Part shown: one piece after another, positions 1-13,760 of the stretch
Layout: every line of letters starts with the position of its first letter
Numbering within the stretch: the stretch's first letter is position 1
Origin: Takakia lepidozioides
Lineage: Eukaryota; Plantae; Bryophyta
NCBI GenBank assembly: GCA_030704615.1
Contig: CM060731.1
Coordinates: forward strand, 24,800,001 to 24,864,000
Direction of reading: 5' to 3'
Length of the DNA stretch: 64,000 nt
Program-made: the position numbers and the translations under genes
Notes under the pieces: generated by a model
Database searches by the model: none
Seen by the model: only the letters and a program-made list of their open reading frames with translations
Told to the model about the DNA's origin: nothing

Positions 1-798
1 TGCCTGATGACTTTCCAGAGAATCATCAGTATGACTACGTTCATCCCTTCTGTGAGGAGGTGGCTGCCGCCAGGATTCCCTACTCATCTTAAGCCCTCTT
101 CTCCATCTTGGTGTGGTTTTGGCAGGTCTATTGCATTGTTGAAGAGGTGTGCAGTAGAATTAGGAATGCTGGATGCATGTCGGTGGCCAGATAGACAACA
201 ATGGTTTTACCATATTCTTATATTGGATTATGTGGAAGGGAGTATGAACTGTCAGCACAATTCATGGAGGAAGATAATAGGAATAATGTAAGAACTTAAT
301 GGACGCTTGTGATCTGACAGTACTTTCGCCGGATTTCTGTCAACTCCTCCCCACCCCACATTACCTCGGTTTCACTATTAAATACTTATGAATCCGAATG
401 GGTTGCAAGCTGCGGTGGATAGCCTGATGGTAAGGTGATAGCAATGTAGGCGGTGAGGTTGTGGGTTGTGGATTCATCGGGGAGATATGTGTTGAACTCT
501 CCGGAAGCCTATGGAATATCCTACATGCTCTGTCTGCATTAGTGAGGATTTGGAGATGAGCGGTAGATCTAGCATTCAGAAGCCAGGTTGCTAGGCCTTG
601 TGTTGAATCTCACAGTTTACATTCTGAAGATATGTTCTTAAAGATTCTCACGGGTGGTAGCAGACCTAACCGCATTTAGCACCGTGATGGACGACATTGG
701 TTTATGAGAGACTATAGACCTTGAGACTGCAGACTGTAGGATGATGTTCACATTTCTAACACTATCCTCAACTACAAAATGTGGGGTCACTATTACTA

Positions 799-3700
799 CC
801 TGTGTAGAGACAGCCAATCCTTCTGAGGTGTTTTGTTATGAGGATTTAAGGTCTGGTCGTATACCCCAATGACCTTAAGAGAAATTCTGGAAGTTGAATT
901 ATAGTTTTGGGCTGCTTGTTGGACCCCACTACTTTTCTTCGTATCTTGCTTTCCTTTGTCCAAGCTCACTGAGCTTCTTCTGGACGGTATGGTGTTTCTT
1001 TCTCTCAATGCTTCCATCTTCTTGACTTGGAAATGTGTGATAGCCGGCCATGGTGCAAGGTTACACCAGATGGGTCATTCATAATAATATAAAAGGAAAA
1101 AGCGTTGCATTCTGAGACCAACTTTGCCTACCTAATGCATGCTAGCTGGAAGAAATCCAGAGGGTACACTGAATACTTGAGATTGGGTGCTCCTGGGGAT
1201 TGGAGGTAGAGAAAGGAAGAGCGAATTTAGCCTATCCCCTTATTCAGTGTTCCATCATGAGTTCAGAAGGCTAGCAAATTGCTTTCTAACAGACTGCAAA
1301 ATTGCTTCACTGCCAAACTGTAACTCAAAAAGGACAATTGAAGTTTGTCTACACACTGGAGGTATGCACCCATGAACTACGACAAATTAGATACTATCCT
1401 GTCTCTGTGAACACCATCTTGAGAGAACGGGCCTTCAATCAGTTCTCGCAGGTCTGGACATGCCATGTTCTTCTGCCTGTTCAGTGAATCCGACACTAAA
1501 ACATATGCAATCTCGTGCACCAGACCTGTGACTGAAGTAGCTTAATTATCTCTAACTGTATCTACAGTCTACATCTAAGATACAGGTACTGGCATGCTCA
1601 TTTGATTAGTCTTTCTAGCAGACTTTTCCCACTATTACTTTGAGTGGTGTGAGGGGTATCAGGGATGCTAGATTCCTCCGTAGCTGTAGAGCTGCAGCTG
1701 GCTGCATTTCCCTCCACCGATTCTAGCGCCTCCTGAAGCTACACCCGAAAATACTGCATTGAGGAAAAGAATCATAATTCCCAGCATCGGCACCTGCTAA
1801 GACATCAATTGCTAAGTGCAAGAAGATTTTCAGTATAATGGAAATGAGAGAAACACGAGAAGCAGAAGCCTTACCAGGGACCAACTCTCACAAGGGTGGT
1901 CAGGCATGCCGGCCGGGTTGGTAGCTGCAATATGGGCAGTGCTGTCTTCAGTTACCCCTACTGTTTCTTCTTCTTGCTGCAACCAGAGTTCAAATTAAAA
2001 CTTTCATTTGAAACAGCAATTGAAAGCATCTCAGAGGCATCCAGAGCATTTCACAATCCTTTCTGGGCTATGTGACTCTAGAGCAAAGTGAAAGCTGAAC
2101 CAAATCTGAAATAGAATCGTTCCCAGGAGCATCTAGATTCCCTTACAGTTTGGGTCGACCAGCTCTCACGAGCCTGCGTGCGAGGCATGCTGCCCAGTTC
2201 GGTAGCCACAACAGGGGCTGAAGTTGTTGCAATGAACTCGACTGTGTGATCATCCTTAAATTCCTGACACCACAACTCTGTCAACAACTGCGATTCAAAG
2301 AATTGCAGGAATTTAGTAGCATTAGCATGAAACACCTATGAGAAATACACTCATATCTTGCAGTCACAGCAAATGTCTTACAGTGTGGGACCAACTCTCA
2401 CGACGGGTGCGAGGCACGTTGTCCGACGGCTGGGACCAACTCTCATGACGAGTGCGAGGGATGCTATCTGATGGTTGGGACCAACTCTCACGAGGCACGC
2501 GAGGCATGTTGTCCAATGGTTGAGACCAACTCTCACGAGGCGTGTGAGGCATGTTGTCCGATGGTTGGGAGCAACTCTCTGTAGCAAGGGTGTGAGGAAT
2601 GCTGTCCGATGGTTGCGAGCAACTCTCTGTAGCAAGGGTGTGAGGAATGCTGTCCGATGGTTGGGACCAACTCTCACGGGGAGTGGAAGGCGTGTTAGAT
2701 GGAACTTCAGTAGCGGAAACAGTTGTACAAGAACTGCTTTCGATTGTGAGCCCCACTGTTTCTATGTCCACCTGACACCACAATCAAGGACAATCTTCAA
2801 CCCATGATGATTGAGTGAGTTGCGTGAACAGAATTGAGGTAAGTTGTACCTGAATTGTCAAATGATCTATGGAACACAGTGAGGGTGCCAGAACAATGTT
2901 ATCTGGTAGCAGGTGTCTTACAGTGTGAGACCAAGTCTCGAAAATGCTGACCGGTTCCAAAGTTGCAACAGGAGTAGAGCTACTTGCAGTGAGCGCTCCT
3001 GCAGTGTCAGATTCCTTTTCCTGAAGCCAACACTGTTAGTCACTTGAGAAAAATTTCACCAACAAACATCATTTGAAAGGAAAAATTAAACTGTTGAATA
3101 ATTTAGAATCCAAATATGATCTGTAGCGCAGCCAAATGTGCATCACGTCCATTGTTGATGGCAGGCTGCTGGAATGTTAATGGTCATTTAGTGATAAATG
3201 CAGAGGCCTTACAGTGTGAGACTCATTGATATTCAGAGGGTCAGGTGTCAAGTCCGGTGGTCTCCGAAGTACTTCAGCCCGCCTGGTGGTATTGAGTGTG
3301 GGGAAGTCGTCATCTTCTCCTCCCATTCTCTGAATCCACACAACATGAAATTAGGCAGTCGGACTACAGATTCATGATCATATTGTAAACTTGTTGAAAT
3401 GTAACGCTGTGATAGCAGCACTGAAGCAGGTACACACAGTTCATATAGTATAAACAATCGTGACGACAAACAAAAGGATCGGTTGTCTATATGTACAGGA
3501 TGTGTGCAAGGAGGAGGCAAGGAGTAGCTAGTGCTGATCAATCAATGAGTATACCTCGGGATATGCTCGTGGAAGTTTCTTAGCCTCGGACTTCATGCTT
3601 ACAGCAAATGAACGTAGGTCTGTCGCTGACTGTAAACCACAGATCAAAACCCACATCTGAAATATCCAACGTTCGACACACTGCTACTACAGATCAAGGA

Positions 3701-4772
3701 TTGACCATGACCCACACAAGTAGGCTAACGCATCATGATCGTATGCTAATCTCTCCCTGGAATCGTGCTGAATTGTATGGGTCATTAGATATCACTTGTC
3801 TAAGACTGATAGCTCGAGGACAAACTTATGCATGTGTGTACCCTGAACACCACTGCAGAGCAGTAGCCCAGCAAGGTCTGTTGAGCTGCTTGAATTGTTT
3901 GGCAGATTTCAGGCACGTGCCGACTGGAATACACATGATCGTCTTCCTGCATGCAACGTGCACAATGAATGAAGCACTTGACACTTTGCATATCATTATA
4001 TTGTACATGACATGATCCTAGTTCTTCCCGGTGAGTCTGGCGGACTGACATTGCAAGCATACATCCATTCGATTAGATTAGATTTCTGTCTCTGTAGGAA
4101 GAGGGCTACATGCAGTGCTCAACGAAGGCTGCCCAAGTCTATATAATCTTAGTCATTTGTACATAACTGCGGGTTAATCCTTTCTCACTCTGTCTGGGCT
4201 GTCACCCCAGTACCTAAGGCAAGATTGTCACTGAAACTTTCTCATGAAGCTGGAGGCTGCAGGTAAGAGGGGACGTATGTACCTCTGCGATGGAGAGAAT
4301 GAAGTGGTTACAGACATAGCTGCGCGTGATCTTTGTCACACAGGCCAGTGGAATCCGGCGTTTACACTTGAAGTTGCACTTATAGAGATCGTACACGGCA
4401 GAATCTGTGATGAGCAGCACCCTCGTCCGATCCAGAGCCCACTGCAGGAGCTTGTTGCTGGTGCTATGCAAAATCTCGAAAGGTCCACTGTACAATGCTA
4501 CCTCATTATCTGCACCTGCACGCCAAAGTTCAAACTGGTGTCAACGATAAAACCACCTGTGTAGACTTCAGAAGCCACAAGGAAGCGGGTCCGCGATCAG
4601 CCTCTTACTTTCGGCATATGATCTATATATTGTCCAGATTGATCGAAGAGAGATGACTTGAAACACTCAAGAGGAAATTATGGCATTCCACTTGAGGCTT
4701 ACTGAAATATGACAAGGATTTCCGCACATGCTTGTTCCCTTGAAGACGGAGATGGTCCATAGATGAGGTCAT
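799..4772 (-). CDS. Multi-exon gene: N-terminal myosin-I TH1/PH-like domain followed by a low-complexity tail of repeated ESWS-containing exons (3' end uncertain)
   Basis: Phase-compatible GT-AG exons 4772-4703 (MTSSMDHLRLQGNKHVRKSLSYF), 4515-4283 (DNEVALYSG...RTRVLLITDSAVYDLY...KRRIPLACVTKIT) and 3946-3842 (EDDHVYSSRHVPEICQTIQAAQ) resemble TH1 motifs. Further exons near 3330-3211, 3021-2922, 2771-2382, 2263-2147 and 1976-1875; a possible exon at ~1017-799. Confidence 0.6.
2382..2700 (-). repeat. Coding tandem repeat, 7 units of 45/48 bp (ESWSQPSDxxPxxxx)
   Basis: [c/g]caactctc motif at 2391, 2436, 2481, 2526, 2571, 2619 and 2667; in frame within ORF 2364..2783(-). Confidence 0.9.
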
Positions 4773-6079
4773 TTTTTCCAGCCAGGAACCCACTCAGTCT
4801 GGCCTGCACTGCCACTTGAGCTTGACTTCATGCAAGCGGAGCGCCTGGACCTGGTGTTCCAACAGACCCCATTAGAATCTCTATGTAAGACTTACCCATG
4901 AGAGGCTGAAATCGTGTTAGAGATATAGCTATGCAGGACCTCAGTATGGATGTGAGATGTGTATAAGAATTCCAGGGTAAAACCAGCAGCTTGACATGCA
5001 GCTTGATTCACAATACAAGTTACGCAAGACGACAGAGGAGACTTCTGAAGACCAGCCATCGAAAAGTTGACCAACTTTGTAGATTCATGAATACGCACAA
5101 AGGTGATTGGCATCAGTGCTGCACCTCTTTCTCGAGGAACTCGTACCTCTTGAGAGCCAAGCGCCGTCTCTCTCCAGCTCTCTCCAGCAAACCTGCAGTA
5201 TGAAGTTATCTCCAATATTATGTAATTCCTTCCTTTCTCTCCCTCCCACCCTCGAGCAATTTCTACCCTCTTCATGTGGATGGGTTATCTCTCCGTCTCC
5301 ACGCGGGTAGGAATTCCAAGAGTCCATCAGGAAACAAAAACAATGTATAATGATGGAGACCCTCGTGTAGCTGCACACTGAAACCGCCCAAGCAGCCCTT
5401 CCGCCTGCCGCCGCCTCCAGTTCTTGTACTCACAGCTTCGAGGGCGCTTTCAAAGTCAGAGCAAACTCTTTTTTTTCGCAATCTAAAGACTCTCAAATTG
5501 CTCCGAGATGAAAACTATCCTCGTGGATGAAGAAGGACATCGTGCGAGGGGGAGACAGATCTGCGATGAGTGTCAGTTTGGATCTTTGAGTGAGGAATTG
5601 AATTGATGATAATTGATCCTCCCCAACAGAGAACGGTTTTTTGGCGTTCTCAATGTATGCATCCTTGCGTGTTGACCCCCCGAAGATCATAGCAGGTGTG
5701 CGTGCACCCACAAGGTAAGAATTTCAAGCTCGAAATGCATAGCAGTCACAAGATTTGGGTGAAGCGTAATAATAATATAGCTTGCATTCTGCACTCGGTT
5801 TGGCTGTGGAGTGTGAGCGACAGAGGGAGGTCGTAATCAACCCTTTACGGTCACAGTTGTATCTACCCCAGTTGACATGAATTGATAAAACGTTTAGAGG
5901 TCACAAATCAAAATCTGCTCTGGTGAATGCAAAGTTCAGAGAGGGCGCCTCTGCACTTGACATTCTTCACGGGAAGGACTAGTGAATTCCAGTTGGAAAG
6001 TGTGATCCTTGTATTACATCAGGGTCGGAGTGTATGGTAGGCAATTTAACTTTGTCCTGTCTCAGTTACTTCCGGTGCT

Positions 6080-8787
6080 ATGGTGGAACTCTTCAACTCG
6101 GTAAACCCTAGAGCTGCGCAAGCTCCAAAGTGTACATTGTGCAGTCGCTTTTACACATTCTCGCCTTCTCTCCCTATCAATATACGTGGTTCCAAATGGG
6201 GAGCGCCTGGAACTTGTGGATTGTTGGCTGAAACGTCGCTCGTGGTGTGTCGGGCTCCAGTTCCTGGCCGGTTGGCAACAAAGACGGCAATGTACAGGGG
6301 TACAGGCCCTGCCTTGGATGCCCTTATGCGGCAGAAGCGAGCTTTACGATCGCTTGTGCGCAAGCAGCTCCGCAGTTTTCCTCCAGATGTGCGCCAGCAA
6401 GAAGGTGTCTCCTCACGTGTGACTTTCTTGTGCATTCATAGCTTTGCAGCTTTGCAGCTTATATTGTAGACAGATTACTTCTCCATGAAGAATATTTGAT
6501 CTTCCTCCTAGGACACAATGCAGTAAGTTGCAGTTGCTTCAAACATCTCCAACCATCGACGTTCTTTTCTCTTTTGTTTCTTGATGGTTGTCAAACGAAA
6601 TATGTAGGAGTTTTCTACTCTTGTGTTCATACCCAGGTTTACTTAAAAGCTAAACGATTCAACTGTTGTGGCCTCACAACCTCCCAATTGTTCCTGCACA
6701 CTTTTTTGATGTCTCCCTCTTCAACTCTCTCCTGCCCCTAGATAAACCTGGAATAGGTTTTCACCTTGAGAGCCTATCAATGGAAACTGCAGATGATGCA
6801 ATCCAGAAGAACATACTAGCAGCAGACTGGTTCAAGAACAGCCAAAGAGTGTGTGCGTATGTGAGCTGTGCCAATTTGCGAGAGGTGGACACATCACACA
6901 TCATGGCCCATCTATTGGAGCTGCAACGTCAGGACTCAGGCGAGCTTTCTTCCCAACACATTTCCATAGCTATAATTAACCCTCTACTATGGATAGCTGT
7001 AATTGTAGATTTGGCTGGGTTTCTCTGCACTGACATTCTTTTAGTCAGGAGTGGCCCTCCTTCTCCATCTCTCAGAAATAGCATTGGGTCACTCAAGTTT
7101 GTGTAATAGTTTCTCTTCTTGTTTCCTTCTCTGTCTCTCTGTGCGTGGTTGTTCTAAAGTTTCCTTCATTCTTTCGTTCTCTCCATGGGTCATCCTTTAG
7201 GCACTACTGTCACTCTGTCTGGCTATGTCTGTTTGGATGTGTTATCTGAGGATAGTGTGATTTGTAGGCTAAGATAGGTGATGGGCTGTCAGAGAGGAAG
7301 GTGTACGTGCCACGCGTGGAAGACAAGGAGAGCCACATGCGCATGCTGCACATCACCAACAGTGATGATGACATGGTTGCCAATTCCATGAATATTTTGG
7401 AACCCAGCCCACTGGACCCCAGTGGAAATCCTCGCAAGGATGGTGAGCTTCTTCATGCTCATTCTCATCATTCCTAGCCTGCTCCTGCGTCCATCGCTCA
7501 AAATGATTGAAGGCATAGGTGTGCCAACTCTGAGTTTCCCCTTCTCCTGTGCTTGCTTCAATCATCTTCAATGCTGTAATGATATGCTGAGGTCCAATGG
7601 TGGATGCATGAGACTCTATGGTTCATAAGGGGACAATTAGCAAAATCCTTGCATCTCGCAGCAATAACAAAGCTTGCTTGCAGAAGAGCTTTGTTTTGTA
7701 CGACCTGCCTGGAGCCCATATGTGGGGACTTCAAGTGAATTGGGAAGCAGGTTGGGTGAAAAAGGAGATTCGCAGTTGTGGTCTCCACCGAGGGTCACTG
7801 GCCTAACATATGAGGGGGTGGGTGGGCACCATGCTAGTGATGCAGACAAGTGAGCCTTTGGACTTACTACTACTGCCTGGTATGTTTGCTCTTCCTCAAA
7901 GGTATGCATACCATAGTGTGTTGCACTTGCAATGAAATTATTGCAACTTGTCTCCACTGAAAGGATTTCACTACAAGTCCAGCTTTGGCTACACTGGTCA
8001 GTGCAAAGAGTGTGGCGTGCCTGTTAGGCTGGTTAATCCATCCACCCTCTCTGGTTCAACTGTGGGTGTGATTTTGAACAGGACTGGCATTCGATAGCGC
8101 AGGACGGCGCCTTGGCCGGGGTGGGGGGTGAGTTCACTCAATCCGGATGTGCTCCCACTATCATCATGCAAAAGCACTTTCATTTTTGCTGAAGTGTAGG
8201 AAGTACTTACAGAGACTGAAGATGTAGCCGTTAGTTGTTGTGAGGGCTGAGCAGGGCATGCTATGTTGGCACCATGATGGTTCCACACTACAACTGCATC
8301 TCTTATGGCAGACCTTCTGCCAATTTTCAACTGAACTACAATATGTGGTGTGGCAGGTACTATGATCTGTTTCTCACAAACTATTTGCTCCTTGCCAAAG
8401 ACAAAGGCTGGAAGCCGCCACTGCTAGGTGAGGACACTTGTGCCTGCTTTCTGCAGCTGGTCCTCCGTAAATTCTGCCCTGAAACCCATACATATGATAA
8501 GTGTCATCTTATATTCATCACCTCATGCTTTCCATCGGTTGCTACCACCCCTAATCTGAACTCAAAGAGTTGAATAGGCCAAGAGAAGTGGATGCAGTGG
8601 ATGGACTCAGAACGGGAGGGAGGGAGGGAGGGATGGGTGTGCAGTGGCATTGACATACAGCGTGCAGATACAGGAGGATGCAGTGCCGGTCGATGCTAGT
8701 GATGTCCCCGTAGATGCTCTGGTGTCCTACAGAGGCGTGCTTCCTATCACCCCCTTCGCCCACCAGCGCATTCTTCAAACCAGCTAG
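6080..8787 (+). CDS. 5FCL: 5-formyltetrahydrofolate cyclo-ligase, 7 exons
   Basis: Exons ~6080(or 6290)-6404 QKRALRSLVRKQL; 6793-6939 CAYVSCANLREVDT; 7293-7442 KVYVPRVEDKESHMRML; 7838-7879 PLDLLLLPG; 8081-~8126 LAFDSAGRRLGRGGG; 8357-8428 YYDLFL; 8645-8787 DVPVDALV, stop TAG. These are the hallmark 5-FCL motifs. Confidence 0.93.
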
Positions 8788-10149
8788 AAGATCTCCATAG
8801 ATTTCCATAGGTTTCCATAGATCGTCTGCCATCTCTTCTCTTGTCTCTCTTTGTCTGTGCGACCTTCCAAGCTCACCCTCTGCATTCCCAACCCTCTCTG
8901 TATTACTCGCATTCCAAAACACTTACATTTCTACTCTGTCGGGATGGATTCCCGGTCGCTGTTCTGTTATTGTATTCATTCATCCATTTCGGATATTCTT
9001 CTTTTGGATGAGCCACCGTGGATGACGAGATACTGTATGGATGAATGTGGGATGAGTGGGAGTCATAAAGCGGGCTGCGGGTGACAGCGGGCTGTCGCCA
9101 GAGCAGTTATCGTTGTCCCCCGTTCATTACTCGCCCTGTCACCCATCAATTCATTGCGTTCGCTGCCGCCGGGAACTGAACGGGAACAAAAAGTGCAATC
9201 ATCCAAATGTTATCGTCGTTGTCGGGGATGAAAAACGTCCACATCTATACTTCATTCGTTCACAGTGCCCCCCCCCCCACGTGCCATCTAATCTAAACAC
9301 TAAACACGCCACCAACCAAAAATAGATTTTCAGCTTCTACGACGTGGATGAATGACAAACATCCGCTCCGATGAAGCCATCCCATCTCTGCAGGCCACCT
9401 CGTACAGCCGGTAAGGCGACCGGAAGCAGCCAGTAGGAGGAAAGTCCAAAAGCCGTTAGCGCTACCCTGCCACACACGGACGGGACACCGGCTACAGCCA
9501 GTCAGGAATGCTAAGACGGATAATTAGTAATTTGCTTAGTTCCCCGTCGACTGATTACTGGCCTAAAATCGCGGGAGAGGTTTGAAGGTGGTGGGTTAGT
9601 GAGGTTGTTAGTGACGGCACGACAGGCTGGGCCGGTCAGGCCGCCAGCGTGCGTGGGCAGCCCCAGAGAGTACGAAGGGCGTGTCACGCAGAGTGTGTGA
9701 GGGTGTGTCTGTGTGTCTGCAGAGCTCTGCACCAGGTGGGAGGGGACCTGACCTTTGCAGCAGGGGACCTCTGCGACCTTGTCTCTCTATCTCTCTGTCG
9801 ACACAGAGAGAGAGAGAGAGAGTGTAGAGTAGAGTAGAGTAGCTTTTCACAGGAGAGCTGATGGTGGACCATCGCCAGCTGAAGGCATGAGACTCTGCTG
9901 TGGGAATCCGTGTAGATTTGAATGAGAGAGAGGTTTGAGATGGGGGTGTCCGTGGTGCAAATTGTAGAGGGGTGGTTGTTGTTTTTGTTTCCGTGTTCAG
10001 AATTGGTGAGTCTGTGGTGGTCTCATCCTGGGCTGGTGGCGGTATCTGGGATACAGAGAGGGTTGGGGGTGTAGTTGGAGTGTCCTGGCTCCTGTGCTGT
10101 ACTGTTGAGGAGGTCCTTTTTCGGGTTGTGTGGAAAGTAGATTGATTAG

Positions 10150-13092
10150 ATGGGGAGTGTGGGGGACGACGATGTTATCGTGGCGCATCGGTGGACCCGG
10201 GCGGAGACGTTGGTGTTGGCGCATGCGATGAGGGCTCGTGAAGAGGAGGCGCATGACGTGACGGGGAAGAGTGCGGTGGGGACAGCCAGTGAGAAGTGGG
10301 AAGTTATTGCGAAATTCTGCCGCAGCCATGGAGTTCACCGGAGCAATGCGCAGTGTAGTAGCCGGTGGGCTAATCTGTACCATGACTACCGGCGAGTGCG
10401 AGACTGGCGGAAGGAGGACGGGGTTGAGTCTTACTGGAAGATGAATGAGAAGAGAAGGAGGGAGAAGAAGCTGCCGGCAGCCCTGGATGAGGAGGCTTAC
10501 AAAGCTCTGGTCTCGTTCCTCGACCCGGATTTGAAACAAACAGGCACCCCGGAATCAGAGGTTGATAGTGATAGGCCCTCGCATGTTTCCACTGCAGCCG
10601 CCCCGGACTCGGCAGAACTGCGAAGGGTCCCTGCAGATGCTGCTCCTGTTCTTGAGTCCGGTAGGTCCATTTCGGCGAATTTGGGGATTATTTAGCGGTG
10701 TAGCGCTTGCATTCGTTTCATGAGGACTTTCACTAGATCAGGTTTGTGTGAACTTGATGAATTGGTTTTTGAGTGTGGTTCACTACACCAAGCTCATTAT
10801 AACTGTGTAATCCAGGGAGCAGTTACATTCTGCTTCTTTTCTCCCCTTGTCTCCTTTTCTCTTCATCGGCCCTCCCCTCTCTGAGTTTGTTTTAAATGGT
10901 TGGAAGACGAAACATGTAGATGAAATTGCTCATTTTCCAATATAATCTTTTTTGCTATTCTGGATGCTTCTGTGTGCTGCTCAGGGCCGGCCTACACTAT
11001 GTTGGCACTCAACCCAGACAGCTATATGGCTGCACCTTGTTTTTGGGACTTTTGACTTGCGTAATGAATCTCTCTTCGAGAGGTATATGCAGCTACCATG
11101 TAATTGGTGGTGCATGGAAGAGAAGTCCAGCTGTTCACAACCTTAGTAAGTCCATGCAGAAGGAACTTGTGCACAATGGTGTTTTCACAGATATTCGTGA
11201 CCTTTCCAATTGCAGGCTCTTGCGAAAATGCAGGTAAGGGGAGGTGCATCTGCGGTGGCTTCTTTTTCTCTTAATAGAACTTCTTAAATGTCTGTCCCGT
11301 TCACCTTCAGGCAGATCTGGCTTAATGTAGCCTTCAGTGGCGACAATAGGATCTTTTATGATCAAATACAGGGGAAATGTGTCATATATATGTTAAGAGT
11401 TAAGGTTTCACTTAGTTGGTGTTGAAGTCTACTGCAGAAAGGGCCCTAATATAGGTGTGGGTTACAAAATTTGTGGAGTTACTATTGTGGTGTGACCATT
11501 TTTTGCTGTCTGTGGAAGTTGTAAGGGAAGAACTGCAGCAACCGATACATGTCGGAGCTTACAACATGAATTTGGAGTTAGCAGACTGAGAAGGGTTTCA
11601 GTTATTGTGCTGCGAAAAAATCTTACACATTGTGGTTGTGCTCTTTACACAGGGTCAGCTGGTGACACTCAGGGGGATAAACAGCCAGCACGAAAGAGAA
11701 AGCGTGTGACCATAGCTGGGGCAATAGACAATGAGACGACTCAAATCGGTGATACCATACGGGATTCCCCCAGGCCTGCCATTGATGTGACTCGTCCCCA
11801 CACAAACACCAGTCGCTCTTCCAATGAAAGGCCAACAGTCAGTACAGAGAGAGGCAGCTGGCCGGAGTGGGAGGTGCAGCACAGCACTTCAATGCTGGAT
11901 ACACGCACACCTATCCAAAAGGAGGCAGAGCCAGTACGCATGCTAAAGGAGCAGGTGGCTCAGATAGTGGAGGCCAGCAACCAGCGGCTGCAAGCACAGC
12001 TACAGGGCCTCTTCTCCCAGCTTGGTATGCAGCTTCAGGTAATGCGCCTCTGCCCTTCACCCCCACTGCTTCCTGCTATGAAACAGGGCATGGTTCTGTT
12101 GGATATTGGGTTACATTACTGCCTACTTACAGTAGGAAAGGGTGGCATGGCAGGTGGCCGGTGCTCAAATGCAGGCGCAGATGCATGAGGCAGCGCGGGG
12201 AGTGCAATCTGAGCTGCATAGCCTCCTGCAGGTGCATTCGGACCAGGTCCACACGCAAGTCCAACCCCACAGCTCCCTTCCAGTGCCTCACCGTACAGGC
12301 CCTCCTTTAGACCGAGACAGGAGTGCCCCAAACTGTAGTAATATGGTGGCGAACAGGAGTGTGCGGCCAACACTGGTTGATGGCCCTGCTGGTATGTTAA
12401 AGCACTTGACCTCAAATCAACCTCAGCAAGTCAGTGCTGAGAGAGAGAGGAGACAGATACGAATGGTAGAAGGGTTGCCAGCTCACAAGGCACGACCCCT
12501 GCCTCCTCAGCCTCCTCAGCCTCCTCACTCCATCTCTGAAATAGATAGGCTTCTGAGGCAGCAACAGGCAATGCCTGGTACCCAACCCAGCTGGAACCAG
12601 GCCCATTTTGTGATCAGCGAACTCGATCGCGTGCTGGGGCATCAACGACCTGCTGAATTTCTGGTGCAACCTCCACCTGCAAAATGCACCTATGTTGTCA
12701 ACGAAACAGATAGATCCATGAGACAGCAGCATCTTGCTGCAACAGTAACCTCCGCTGATGTGCAAAGCCAAAGATCCTCTGGCAAATCTCCTGGCTCGTC
12801 TGCTGAGCAGTGGCCACTGCACAGTGGAGGGTCAGGGTCCCAGAATGTGGAGAAAGACGGGGATGTAAGTTCAAGACAGGGACAACTAGACAATCCACTA
12901 GTACGCAGGCCCTGTTCTAGTGACCAGGTTGGTGAGCCAAGCCATATACATCCTACCAGCAGCGACACTGTAGATGCAGAAGATACGCAAGGCTCGGGGC
13001 AGGAGGTGACTGCTTCCCCTCAGAAAACCAGTAGTAGTCAGGGAGATGGGGACAACAGACCCAGAGCCATGGACAACCTACCTCGCGTTTAA
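10150..13092 (+). CDS. Trihelix (Myb/SANT-like, ASR3/GT-like) transcription factor, 3 exons
   Basis: RWTRAETLVL...KWEVIAKFC...RSNAQCSSRWANLYHDYRRVRDW...SYWKMNEKRRREKKLP. Exons 10150-10660, 11653-12038 and 12154-13092 join in phase; Q/P-rich C-terminus. Confidence 0.88.
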
Positions 13093-13760
13093 GTAAATAT
13101 TCTAGATTGCTGAGAACTATACCGGTTTGCAGCGCTTCCAATTTCAGTCACTCACGGGGACTAGGCGGTAAGCAGGGATTTAACATAGCTGACACATTAT
13201 CACATTCCGAAGATTTCCTTAGTGCCTTTCAAGCCTGCGGAGCTTGGGTCAGGTTTTCTGACGGCAAGGTGACTATTTGAATGTTTTGGAAGGCGGAAGG
13301 CCCAGGTCTTTTGGCCTTCCTGGGGTGATGGTAGGGCTAAGGCTCGGCCAATCACAGGGAGGGCCCCCAGGGCTGGGCCTTGCACTTACTGCTCCTCTAA
13401 AATAGATTCAGTTTTATTTTCACCTTTTGGAATGCTATACCTCATAATCCTTTCTGCTGTGCGGGTTTGATTTATTCTTTGGTTTCTGTGGTTCAACTGT
13501 GCCATTTACCTGGGCTCTCTTTACATCCCGCTGATGTACCACACTTCTTCCTTCGCATGTAATGGACTTATCTCAGGCTGTGGGCCTCCACAATCAGAGT
13601 TAGTAATGTAGTAGTCAGAGCTGGTCTGGGCTATAAGATGTCCGAGACATAGGTCAGAGAGTAGCCCAGTCCTGCACACTCTTGTCCCCTCCCGTGTGCT
13701 TTTAATTAGTTCCTTGATGTCATGAACCTTTATAAAAGGTAGCAAATACACCCCATCCCT

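Noticed and set aside
9997-10539. 180-aa minus-strand ORF
   Set aside because: Antisense shadow of trihelix exon 1, with no recognisable domain.
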